Assembly (NCBI GenBank): GCA_046583315.1
Contig: JAYGCN010000112.1
Span: 1 to 16,986, forward strand
DNA: 16,986 bases
From: Candidatus Hydrogenedentota bacterium
Lineage (GTDB): Bacteria > Hydrogenedentota > Hydrogenedentia > Hydrogenedentales > GCA-2746185
Reading direction: 5' to 3'
Below, in pieces: positions 1-7,523 of the stretch. Position 1 is the stretch's first letter. Every line of letters starts with the position of its first letter. Under the pieces are notes generated by a model. It was not told the DNA's origin. It searched no databases and saw nothing but the letters and a program-made list of their open reading frames with translations. Made by a program: the position numbers and the translations under genes.

Positions 1-1
1 C

Positions 2-151
2 TATGTCATCGTGGTAGGCACGCCGATAGAAGCCACACCCGACACAGGAATCGATGCCGTCAAAGAAAAAACCCGCGAAGTGGAGATTGCGCTAAACACC
101 CTTCAAGAAGATATTGAATCCCAATACGGAATTGACGCTGAACTCGTCTGA
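2..151 (+). CDS. 3' fragment of a gene entering from the left; possibly lysophospholipid acyltransferase (DUF374-like) C-terminus
   Basis: Open frame from the window edge to TGA 149-151: YVIVVGTPIEATPDTGIDAVKEKTREVEIALNTLQEDIESQYGIDAELV*. 'VVGTPI' followed by an amphipathic helix resembles LPLAT C-termini. Product call is tentative. Confidence 0.45.
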   Translation, partial: YVIVVGTPIEATPDTGIDAVKEKTREVEIALNTLQEDIESQYGIDAELV

Positions 152-157
152 CCCTCC

Positions 158-1201
158 TTATGCAGAAAGCGTATGACGACGCAACTGTCCGCATGCTGCG
201 TCAATATCCTGCCCGCGCTCAAGCCGCAACGTGGCCGTCACTCCATGTTTCTCAAGCCGATTCTTGAATGCGCGGCACACCGATGGATGCGGCGGCGCAT
301 ACGACAAACCCTCTACAGGATTATACGGAATCAGATTCACGTGTGACTTCATATCACCAACCAAGCGAATCAACTCATCCGCCGTATCCAGAGAATCATT
401 CACCCCCTCAAGCAACGTCCACTCAAAGGTCATTTGACGCCCCGTCTCCGCAACATATACATCAATCGCATCCATCAGCCGCTCAAGATTATACTTTCTA
501 TTTAGCGGCACCAGTTCATTTCGAAGTTCATCATTCGCCGCATGTAGCGACACACTGAGCCGCACCTGCCAGTCCTCTTTTGCGAACCGTTCAATCCCTT
601 TAACCTCGCCCGCCGTCGAAACCGTGATGCGGCGCGCGCCCAGATTCAATCCCTCTTCATGCATCAACAAGCGAATGCTTTTCACCACGGCGTCATAATT
701 ATGAAACGGTTCGCCCATCCCCATATACACGATGTTCGGATTCCGGCTCTCATCAATTTCACCCCCCGCAAGAAAATATAGTGCCTGCTCGACGATTTCG
801 CCCGTTGTGAGATTTCGCGCATAACCGGAAAGGCCCGTTGCGCAAAACGTGCACTTGACCGCGCAGCCCACCTGCGACGACACACAAAGCGTGAGCCTGT
901 CTTTCGCAGGGATAAACACGGTCTCCACGGTTTCCCCGTCCGCCAGCTTCAGCAATGCCTTTTTCGTCTCCGTTTCCGCTGATTCAGAAAAACGATACGG
1001 CTCCAGACGATTGACCCCATAATTCTCTTTCAATTCGGCTCGAAGCACCTTCGACAAATTCGTCATTTCATCGACATCAAACACTTTTTTCTGGTGAATC
1101 CATTGAAAAACCTGGCGCCCCTGAAACGGCTTTAGACTCAATGCCGTAGCAATCTCTTCAGGAAATAACTCGCTCAGGTATGTTCTCTCCGCTGCGCTCA
1201 T
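158..1201 (-). CDS. rlmN: 23S rRNA (adenine2503-C2)-methyltransferase RlmN, radical SAM
   Basis: SSQVGCAVKCTFCATG (CxxxCxxC), MGMGEP, SLHA, NLIPYNP and C-terminal DIDAACGQL. Start placed at ATG 1201, downstream of a GGGAG SD-like sequence. Confidence 0.96.
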   Translation of the reverse strand: MSAAERTYLSELFPEEIATALSLKPFQGRQVFQWIHQKKVFDVDEMTNLSKVLRAELKENYGVNRLEPYRFSESAETETKKALLKLADGETVETVFIPAKDRLTLCVSSQVGCAVKCTFCATGLSGYARNLTTGEIVEQALYFLAGGEIDESRNPNIVYMGMGEPFHNYDAVVKSIRLLMHEEGLNLGARRITVSTAGEVKGIERFAKEDWQVRLSVSLHAANDELRNELVPLNRKYNLERLMDAIDVYVAETGRQMTFEWTLLEGVNDSLDTADELIRLVGDMKSHVNLIPYNPVEGLSYAPPHPSVCRAFKNRLEKHGVTATLRLERGQDIDAACGQLRRHTLSA

Positions 1202-1215
1202 TGGGTACTCCCGAA

Positions 1216-2055
1216 TCAATCGTCCGATACGCTACTGCGCGCCGAGAGATTTAACTCCCGAGCCCGCGCACGGATATCAAACAACGATTGATCCAATTCT
1301 TTATTTAGTTGTATCTTCGTCATCGTGAAAATCATACGCGTATCTTCCGTCGGAAAATACGCATCCACGCGCTCTGGAAACAAGGCCTCCTCGATTCGAC
1401 TGAATTCCGTCATCTCTGTCATCGCGATAATTCGACCCGCATCATCAAATCGAATATGTTTCGTAATCACCCAACGAGGTGATGCATTATCCACCTGATT
1501 CAATTGAATACGTCGATGCAGGCGCCGCCCCTCACGCATCTCCACTACGAGAGTACTCGACTCCTCGAGATAATCGATGATCTCGAGCGAGCGCTTCTTT
1601 ACATCCCCCCACTCCTCAGGCAAAAACATTTCCCGCACGATATCCGAAGGCGAGACCGAAAATGGAATGTCCTCGAATTCTTCCCCTTCAAGCTGATAGA
1701 AACTTTCCTCTTTCCGACGCGGAAACTCCATCAAAAACTCGTCGTTCACACAAATCAAACGGAAAACCGTAATGTTGGCGAGACGATCGCGACCTTCAAC
1801 GTGGAGCTGGTTCGGTCGCTGAAAACGCAGACTGCCCCGAAACTTCCGTTTCGCAGAGAAATTCGGCGACTCCAAAAAAAATCGGCCTGCCCCCTGAAAA
1901 CTGTGAATCGCCTTATCGTTCGCCTCCAGATCGGCGAGAATAACACTTATTTCGGGTATTTGCACGCCATCCACCACGATATCCACGCCACCGCCGAGAT
2001 GCGCACATCCGGCCGCAACACACGCGATCGTCAGACAAATAAGGCCCTTTTGCAC
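1216..2055 (-). CDS. Putative lipoprotein, LolA/LolB-like (DUF4292 / outer-membrane lipoprotein-sorting-like)
   Basis: GTG at 2055 gives MQKGLICLTIACVAAGC (lipobox-like AAGC). LRFQRPNQLHVE and C-terminal TKIQLNKELDQSLFD resemble LolA-fold proteins. The ORF-track start at 2172 lies inside a predicted promoter. Confidence 0.6.
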   Translation of the reverse strand: MQKGLICLTIACVAAGCAHLGGGVDIVVDGVQIPEISVILADLEANDKAIHSFQGAGRFFLESPNFSAKRKFRGSLRFQRPNQLHVEGRDRLANITVFRLICVNDEFLMEFPRRKEESFYQLEGEEFEDIPFSVSPSDIVREMFLPEEWGDVKKRSLEIIDYLEESSTLVVEMREGRRLHRRIQLNQVDNASPRWVITKHIRFDDAGRIIAMTEMTEFSRIEEALFPERVDAYFPTEDTRMIFTMTKIQLNKELDQSLFDIRARARELNLSARSSVSDD

Positions 2056-2107
2056 CCAAGCAGGGATGGCGAGTCGTTGGGAGCATAAGTTCTTAGGGGA
2101 GCTAGGG

Positions 2108-2137
2108 TTGAACCGAAGTGGATTTATATGATACATT
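2108..2137 (+). promoter_or_regulatory. Putative sigma70 promoter for rpmB
   Basis: TTGAAC (2108-2113), 18-bp spacer, TACATT (2132-2137), with TGn extension. Confidence 0.4.
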
Positions 2138-2157
2138 ATCAGCCTTTGTGTCTTACG

Positions 2158-2186
2158 AGTATACCACGGCAATCAATTTGAACCAA
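2158..2186 (-). promoter_or_regulatory. Putative sigma70 promoter for the lipoprotein-rlmN operon
   Basis: Minus strand TTGGTT (2186-2181), 17-bp spacer, TATACT (2163-2158), with TGn extension. Confidence 0.55.
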
Positions 2187-2220
2187 GCCGTTCCCATTAA
2201 AACTACCAGGAGTTCGTACC

Positions 2221-2478
2221 ATGGCAAGACGTTGTGACTACAGTGGCAAGCGCCCCCAAGGCGGTAAAAAAATTGTTCGCCGCGGTAAAGCGAAAAAAGA
2301 AGGCGGTATTGGACAGAACGTAACCGGTATCTCCAAACGTACCTGGAAACCCAATCTGCAAAAGATTCGCATCGTTGACGAAAACGGCACCGTCCGTCGC
2401 GTCAAAGTATGCGTGCGTTACATCAAAGCTGGCAAATTCACAAAAGCCGCTCGCGTTCCGAAGAAACAATCTGCATAA
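2221..2478 (+). CDS. rpmB: 50S ribosomal protein L28
   Basis: MARRCDYSGKRP...SKRTWKPNLQKIRI...VKVCVRYIKAG; basic 85-aa protein; AGGAG SD upstream. Confidence 0.96.
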   Translation: MARRCDYSGKRPQGGKKIVRRGKAKKEGGIGQNVTGISKRTWKPNLQKIRIVDENGTVRRVKVCVRYIKAGKFTKAARVPKKQSA

Positions 2479-2501
2479 GCAGTCTTCCATTTCGATCATT
2501 C

Positions 2502-2540
2502 AAGCGAATCCACGGTCTCACCGTCGGATTCGCTTTTTTT
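2502..2540 (+). terminator. Rho-independent terminator after rpmB
   Basis: AAGCGAATCC-ACGGT-ctc-ACCGT-c-GGATTCGCTT hairpin running into a T7 tract. Confidence 0.85.
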
Positions 2541-2570
2541 ATGTCTGCATGATGCCGTAGAATACTCTCC

Positions 2571-3758
2571 ATGACCCAGACACTTCTCATCGCCGGCGCA
2601 GGCGCGAATCAAATAGGCATCTTCACCAAAGCCCGCGAAATGGGCATTCAGACCATCGCCGCCGACGGAAATCCTCATGCACCTGGATTTGGGTACGCGG
2701 ATCAATCCGTGACGGTGAATATCCTCGATGCCGAGACGCTCGTGGCCGCGGCGCGTAAGTACAATGTCGATGGTATCTATCCCGCGGCAGAGCTCGCGGT
2801 CGAGGCCGTATCGGTTGCGGCACAATCCCTTGGGCTGACAGGTGTCCCGCCAGAGGTCGCACAACGCGTCCGTAACAAAGCCGTCATGCGACGCGCACTT
2901 GACGCGGCTGGAGTCCCAAATCCCGTCTACCATGAAGCGAACACGCTTGCCGATGCGCAACGGGCCGTCGAAGGCCTCGGTTTTCCGCTGATCATCAAAC
3001 CTTGCGATGCCAATTCCAGCAAAGGGGTACAACAACTCAGTTCTTTTGAGGAGCTCGAGGAAGCATTCAATCTTGCGATCCAGTATTCGTTTACTGGTTC
3101 CGCGCTTCTGGAGGAATTCATCGAGGGTGAAGAGTTCTGCGTCGATGGACTCGTGTGTCAGGACGAGTATATTCCCGGGGGCATCACCGGCAAAGAAATG
3201 TCACCCCTCCCCTACCGTTTCGACAAAGGTATCTTCATGCCGCCGAACAAGTCGCAGGTCGAGTGTGACGTGATCGAAAACTTTGCGCGTGAAGCCTTGC
3301 AAGCTATCGGGTTTGAGAACGGCACCTTCCATCTGGAAATCATCGTCTCTCCGGACGGTCCACGCATCGTTGAAATCGCGGGGCGTCCCGGCGGTGGACG
3401 AATCGCCACCGACCTTATTCCCATCGCCTACGGTTACGACTTCATTGCCGACAGCATTCGCATTGCGCTCGGCGAAGCTCCCCAATCCAGTCGCCGACAC
3501 GAACGCGGCGTCGCACTCTTCTGGATCGAAGCCGAACCCGGGCGCGTCACCGAAATTGTCGGTCGCGAGGAAGCACTCGCGATAGAGGGCGTTGAAGAGG
3601 TGGTCATCCATACCCGAATTGGAGATGAACTAAAGCCCATCATCGATTGCGTCACCCGCGACGCCATCGGCTACGTATTCACCAGTGGCGCCTCCGCCTC
3701 TGACGCTATCGAAGCAGTCAACCGTGCGCGCTCAGTTTGCAAAGTTATCACCGCTTAA
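2571..3758 (+). CDS. ATP-grasp domain carboxylate-amine ligase (L-amino acid ligase-like)
   Basis: RNKAVMRRAL, GFPLIIKPCDANSSKGV, LLEEFIEGEEFCVD, GTFHLEIIV, IVEIAGRPGGG and a LAL_C2-like C-terminal region. Confidence 0.88.
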   Translation: MTQTLLIAGAGANQIGIFTKAREMGIQTIAADGNPHAPGFGYADQSVTVNILDAETLVAAARKYNVDGIYPAAELAVEAVSVAAQSLGLTGVPPEVAQRVRNKAVMRRALDAAGVPNPVYHEANTLADAQRAVEGLGFPLIIKPCDANSSKGVQQLSSFEELEEAFNLAIQYSFTGSALLEEFIEGEEFCVDGLVCQDEYIPGGITGKEMSPLPYRFDKGIFMPPNKSQVECDVIENFAREALQAIGFENGTFHLEIIVSPDGPRIVEIAGRPGGGRIATDLIPIAYGYDFIADSIRIALGEAPQSSRRHERGVALFWIEAEPGRVTEIVGREEALAIEGVEEVVIHTRIGDELKPIIDCVTRDAIGYVFTSGASASDAIEAVNRARSVCKVITA

Positions 3759-3772
3759 CCTACACTCGACCC

Positions 3773-4558
3773 ATGATTATCGATGCCTTAACCCATATTC
3801 ACCCTGACCTGAAATCCTTCGGTTCCCAATATGATCTCAGCCCGGAATTCCTCATTCGTAACCTCGAAGAATCCCCCGTAGACAGAGCCATCGTCACGGC
3901 CATCGAAGGCGAAAACAACTACTGCACGCCGACCACCTACATCATTGATGCCTGCGAGAAATATCCCGATCACCTAATTGGGTTCGCCTCTGTAAACCCG
4001 ATCACAAACCCGAACGCGGTCGCTGATTTTGAAAAATATGTGACCGAATACGGCATGCGCGGCCTGAAACTCCATCCGCGACACCAACAACTATCGGCAG
4101 ACGACGAACGAATTGTTCCCGTTGTCGAGAAAGCTGCCGAACTTGGGGTCCCGGTCACGATATGTGGAAGCCTGTGGAAACACGCCCCACTGCGCGACCA
4201 GCAACCCATCAACATCGACGTATTGGCCAAACGCGTGCCCGAAGCGAAAATTATCATTGCCCACAGCGGCGGATTCAAGTTTATGGATGCGTTTATTGTA
4301 GCGGTAGCAAACGACAACGTGTTTCTGGAGACTTCCATTTCGCTAAAATACTTTGAAGACACCCCCTTCGAAGATCAATACATGTTCACGCTAAAACAGA
4401 TCGGCGCGCATCGGGTCATATTCGGCTCCGATCACCCCGAAGACCCCGTCGCGTCCTGTTACGCGCGTAGCGTAGAGATGTTAGGTCGACACGGCTTCGG
4501 TGGGGATGCCGAGACGCAGATTTTCGGCGATACCATTCAATCCCTGATCGGCCTATGA
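3773..4558 (+). CDS. Amidohydrolase-2 family TIM-barrel protein
   Basis: MIIDALTHIHP, LIGFASVNP, GMRGLKLHP, IIIAHSGG, RVIFGSDHP. Start placed at ATG 3773. Confidence 0.85.
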   Translation: MIIDALTHIHPDLKSFGSQYDLSPEFLIRNLEESPVDRAIVTAIEGENNYCTPTTYIIDACEKYPDHLIGFASVNPITNPNAVADFEKYVTEYGMRGLKLHPRHQQLSADDERIVPVVEKAAELGVPVTICGSLWKHAPLRDQQPINIDVLAKRVPEAKIIIAHSGGFKFMDAFIVAVANDNVFLETSISLKYFEDTPFEDQYMFTLKQIGAHRVIFGSDHPEDPVASCYARSVEMLGRHGFGGDAETQIFGDTIQSLIGL

Positions 4559-6528
4559 CCCCGCCCCCCGTGCAAATACTCGACACCACCCTGCGCGACG
4601 GGTCCTACGTGATCGATTTCCAGTTCACCGCTGACGACACTGCACTCCTCGCATCCACCCTCGACTTCGCAGGCATTCCCTGGATAGAAGTTGCCCATGG
4701 ACTCGGCCTCGGCGCCGCACGCGCTGGCAAGGGCGACCAGGCAGCCACGGACGAAGCCTACCTGAAAGCCGCAGCAGCCTCCGTAACCAAGGCCAAATTC
4801 GGAACCTTCTTCATCCCCGGAATAGGCACACGCGACGACATCCGACTTGCCGCCGATTGTGGCGCACACTTCATCCGGATTGGCACGAATGTGAATGAAG
4901 TCGATCAGGGCCAATCTTATTTTGAACTCGCCAAATCGCTGGGGCTCATAACATTCTCTAATCTCATGAAATCCTACGCCGTTCCTCCCGATGATTTCGC
5001 CCGCTATGGTCATCAGGCCGAAGAGTACGGTGCGGACTACGTGTGCATTGTGGACTCCGCTGGCGGCATGTTGCCCGAAGACGTCAAAAACTATCTCGAC
5101 ACGGCCCACGCGACCTGTTCCGGCCCCATCTGTTTCCACGGACACAACAACCTATCCATGGCCGTTGCCAATTCTCTTCAGGCAGTCGAGTCCGGTGCCG
5201 CCATCGTCGATGCTTCCCTGCAAGGCATGGGTCGCTCCGAAGGCAATACCATGACCGAGATTCTGGTCGCGATTCTTCAAAAACAGGGCCTCTGCAACGA
5301 CATCAACGTGAATGCACTGCTCGACATATCAAACGCGCTCGTCCGTCCACTACTGCACGATGCCGGATACTCCCCGCTCGGCGTCACCTACGGGCGCGCG
5401 AAATTTCACAGCTCCTTTCTCGGAAGAATCCTGCAAACGGCGCAGCATTATGAAGTCGATCCCCGTGAATTAATTCTCAAGGTGACCGAGCACGATCAGG
5501 TGAATGCACCGCAAGAACTTGTTGATTCAATGGCGCAAGAACTCAGAATCGCCCCAGCACGTGAGGGCCTATGTTTTTCGCTGGCACCTCACTCGCCTGA
5601 CACGATACTCGATATCAATGCGCTGGCCGCAAAACGCGCGCAGGAAATAAAGCAGCATGCCCGAAAAAAGAATCTACCTGCGATCATGAACATCGTGCTC
5701 AGTGACTATGAACCCGCGCATGTATCCCCCTTTGTCGAGTCCAACTACGGGTGCGCAATTTCCAACGTTATGATTGACTCTATCGGATCATTGGAACCAC
5801 TTTTGGAGGTGGTCGCTGACAGTATCGATTACCTTCTCCTCGACATTGGTGACGCTGATTACCGGTTACCCGAAGCGTACAACGATAAATTGCTGATCTA
5901 CTCTGATGCACTCATGTGGTCCAGGGCGATATGCACGCATCTGATGAATTTATTCGGCGGATCGCTGCACGGCAAGAAAATCGGATTGGTGGCCGTCTCA
6001 GAACTGCGTGCACTGACTCTCCAGATACTTGAGCAGGCCGGAGCAACTCTTGTGATTAATTATGATCAGTTCGATTCGACGCTCGACGCCCTTGTCGGTT
6101 ACATGCCCGGAGCGCACGCGGTTACGTCGGACATGCTCTCGAGACTGTCCGATGATGCCATCGTGTTTGACGCGGGTATCGGTTCGATTCATCCGGATGG
6201 GCTTTCGGCCGCTGAAGAACTCGGTCTCACCGTCGTTCGAATCGACCTGCGCCCGACGCTCGCCCACACCGCACTCGAGTCTATTCAAATGCGGGACGTG
6301 GTCAACGAACACATGGGCGGAGATCAATGGAACGGAATCCCGGTTGTCGCCGGTGGAATCATCGGTCGAGACGGCGACATCATCGTTGATCACATCAAGC
6401 ATCCCACACGCATTATAGGAATCGCTGATGGATCGGGTGGAATTCGTGCTATTGACGAAGGGCTTGAATCCGTGCAGAAGGTACGTCGCGCGATTACAGA
6501 ACGGCAATTCGATCAGCAACGCGACTAA
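4555..6528 (+). CDS. 4-hydroxy-2-oxovalerate aldolase-like (DRE-TIM metallolyase) protein with a long C-terminal extension
   Basis: LDTTLRDGS, IEVAHGLGLG, VDSAG, FHGHNNLSMAVANSL, VDASLQGMGRSEGN and a DmpG communication-like segment (FHSSFL...YEVDPRELI), then ~320 extra aa. ATGA overlap with the upstream gene. Confidence 0.82.
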   Translation: MTPPPVQILDTTLRDGSYVIDFQFTADDTALLASTLDFAGIPWIEVAHGLGLGAARAGKGDQAATDEAYLKAAAASVTKAKFGTFFIPGIGTRDDIRLAADCGAHFIRIGTNVNEVDQGQSYFELAKSLGLITFSNLMKSYAVPPDDFARYGHQAEEYGADYVCIVDSAGGMLPEDVKNYLDTAHATCSGPICFHGHNNLSMAVANSLQAVESGAAIVDASLQGMGRSEGNTMTEILVAILQKQGLCNDINVNALLDISNALVRPLLHDAGYSPLGVTYGRAKFHSSFLGRILQTAQHYEVDPRELILKVTEHDQVNAPQELVDSMAQELRIAPAREGLCFSLAPHSPDTILDINALAAKRAQEIKQHARKKNLPAIMNIVLSDYEPAHVSPFVESNYGCAISNVMIDSIGSLEPLLEVVADSIDYLLLDIGDADYRLPEAYNDKLLIYSDALMWSRAICTHLMNLFGGSLHGKKIGLVAVSELRALTLQILEQAGATLVINYDQFDSTLDALVGYMPGAHAVTSDMLSRLSDDAIVFDAGIGSIHPDGLSAAEELGLTVVRIDLRPTLAHTALESIQMRDVVNEHMGGDQWNGIPVVAGGIIGRDGDIIVDHIKHPTRIIGIADGSGGIRAIDEGLESVQKVRRAITERQFDQQRD

Positions 6529-7454
6529 TTGTGTACGCGTTTCACGATAGCGTTCGGGCGTGCCTTCACCTGGATAAAAATACGTCCAACATAGAAGCCC
6601 ACCATGCCGATTGCGAGAATCGTAAGGCCACCCAGCAACCAGACCGACGCGAGAATCCACATCCATCCTTCAACCGGGTTGTCGCCAGAAACAAATCGAA
6701 TCGCAAAGCTCACATTGAGTGCGAGAGACATCAGGCAAATCACCACACCGAAAATGGCAATGAAAGTTAATGGCTTGTTCGTATACGAAATCAGCGCATC
6801 GAGCGCGAGGGTAATTTTTCGCATGAAGGTGTAGGTGGTCTGGCCTTTACTACCCTTCTTCGTTGGGTGTGGCACCTGATTATACCCGGCCAACATCATT
6901 ACTCCGCCCAGATACAACTGCGTCTCCTGAAATTGAAGCAAACTTTTCACGTAGGGCAGCCGCATCAATCGTGCGGCCATTGCGTTCTCGGGAATCGGCA
7001 GATCAGAGAACATATTGATAACTTTATAGAATGCCGCGCCCGAAATCCGTTCAAGGAAACTCCCTTTGCGCGCTTCCATGACCCCATAGACGACATCAAT
7101 CTCGCCCTGCTCATTCTCCGCCATCATCGTTTCGTAAAAGGTCTCAAGCAGCTCCGGTTCCTCTTCCAAATCCGAGTCCAGCATAAAAACGAATTCGCCG
7201 TGGACATGTTCGAGCCCGATCATAATCGCCTTGTGATGCCCAAAATTACGCGAAAGCTCCACCAGACGTACGCAGGGATCCCGTTCAATCAGCTTCAATA
7301 CTACTTCATTTCCGTCATCCGGGGAGCCGTCATCGACGAATACAATCTCGTAGTCCCCGCCCAAGGTGTCGATGCATGCGCGTACACGTTCGTAAAATTT
7401 TTCGATATACGGGCTCGAATGATACAAACTCGTCAGCACACTGAAGCGCGGCAT
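6525..7454 (-). CDS. Glycosyltransferase family 2, GtrB/ArnC-like polyprenyl-phosphate glycosyltransferase
   Basis: FVDDGSPD, LSRNFGHHKA, LDSDLEEEP, two C-terminal hydrophobic segments ending GFYVGRIF..K.RP; GAGGAG SD. Confidence 0.9.
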   Translation of the reverse strand: MPRFSVLTSLYHSSPYIEKFYERVRACIDTLGGDYEIVFVDDGSPDDGNEVVLKLIERDPCVRLVELSRNFGHHKAIMIGLEHVHGEFVFMLDSDLEEEPELLETFYETMMAENEQGEIDVVYGVMEARKGSFLERISGAAFYKVINMFSDLPIPENAMAARLMRLPYVKSLLQFQETQLYLGGVMMLAGYNQVPHPTKKGSKGQTTYTFMRKITLALDALISYTNKPLTFIAIFGVVICLMSLALNVSFAIRFVSGDNPVEGWMWILASVWLLGGLTILAIGMVGFYVGRIFIQVKARPNAIVKRVHN

Positions 7455-7488
7455 TCTGAACTCCTCATTTCTGCCAAACCTGGACGAT

Positions 7489-7497
7489 ACTGTATCA
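7489..7497 (-). promoter_or_regulatory. Putative extended -10 element for the GT2 gene
   Basis: Minus strand TG-A-TACAGT in the 69-bp intergenic gap; no well-spaced -35. Confidence 0.35.
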
Positions 7498-7523
7498 CAC
7501 CCAACGCACGCCCAACTAATAGA

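Noticed and set aside
158..1201. Cfr-type resistance methyltransferase
   Set aside because: MGMGEP and DIDAACGQL motifs, housekeeping context and no mobile element favour RlmN.
1504..2088. 194-aa plus-strand ORF
   Set aside because: Antisense to the lipoprotein gene, which has the better protein features.
2203..3035. Minus-strand ORFs 2203-2499 and 2496-3035 that look translationally coupled
   Set aside because: They mirror rpmB and the ATP-grasp gene, both strongly supported; no motifs of their own.
2571..6528. Pyrrolysine (PylC/PylD) or aromatic meta-cleavage interpretation of the cassette
   Set aside because: No PylB, PylS or tRNA-Pyl, and no dioxygenase, hydratase or DmpF genes in the window.
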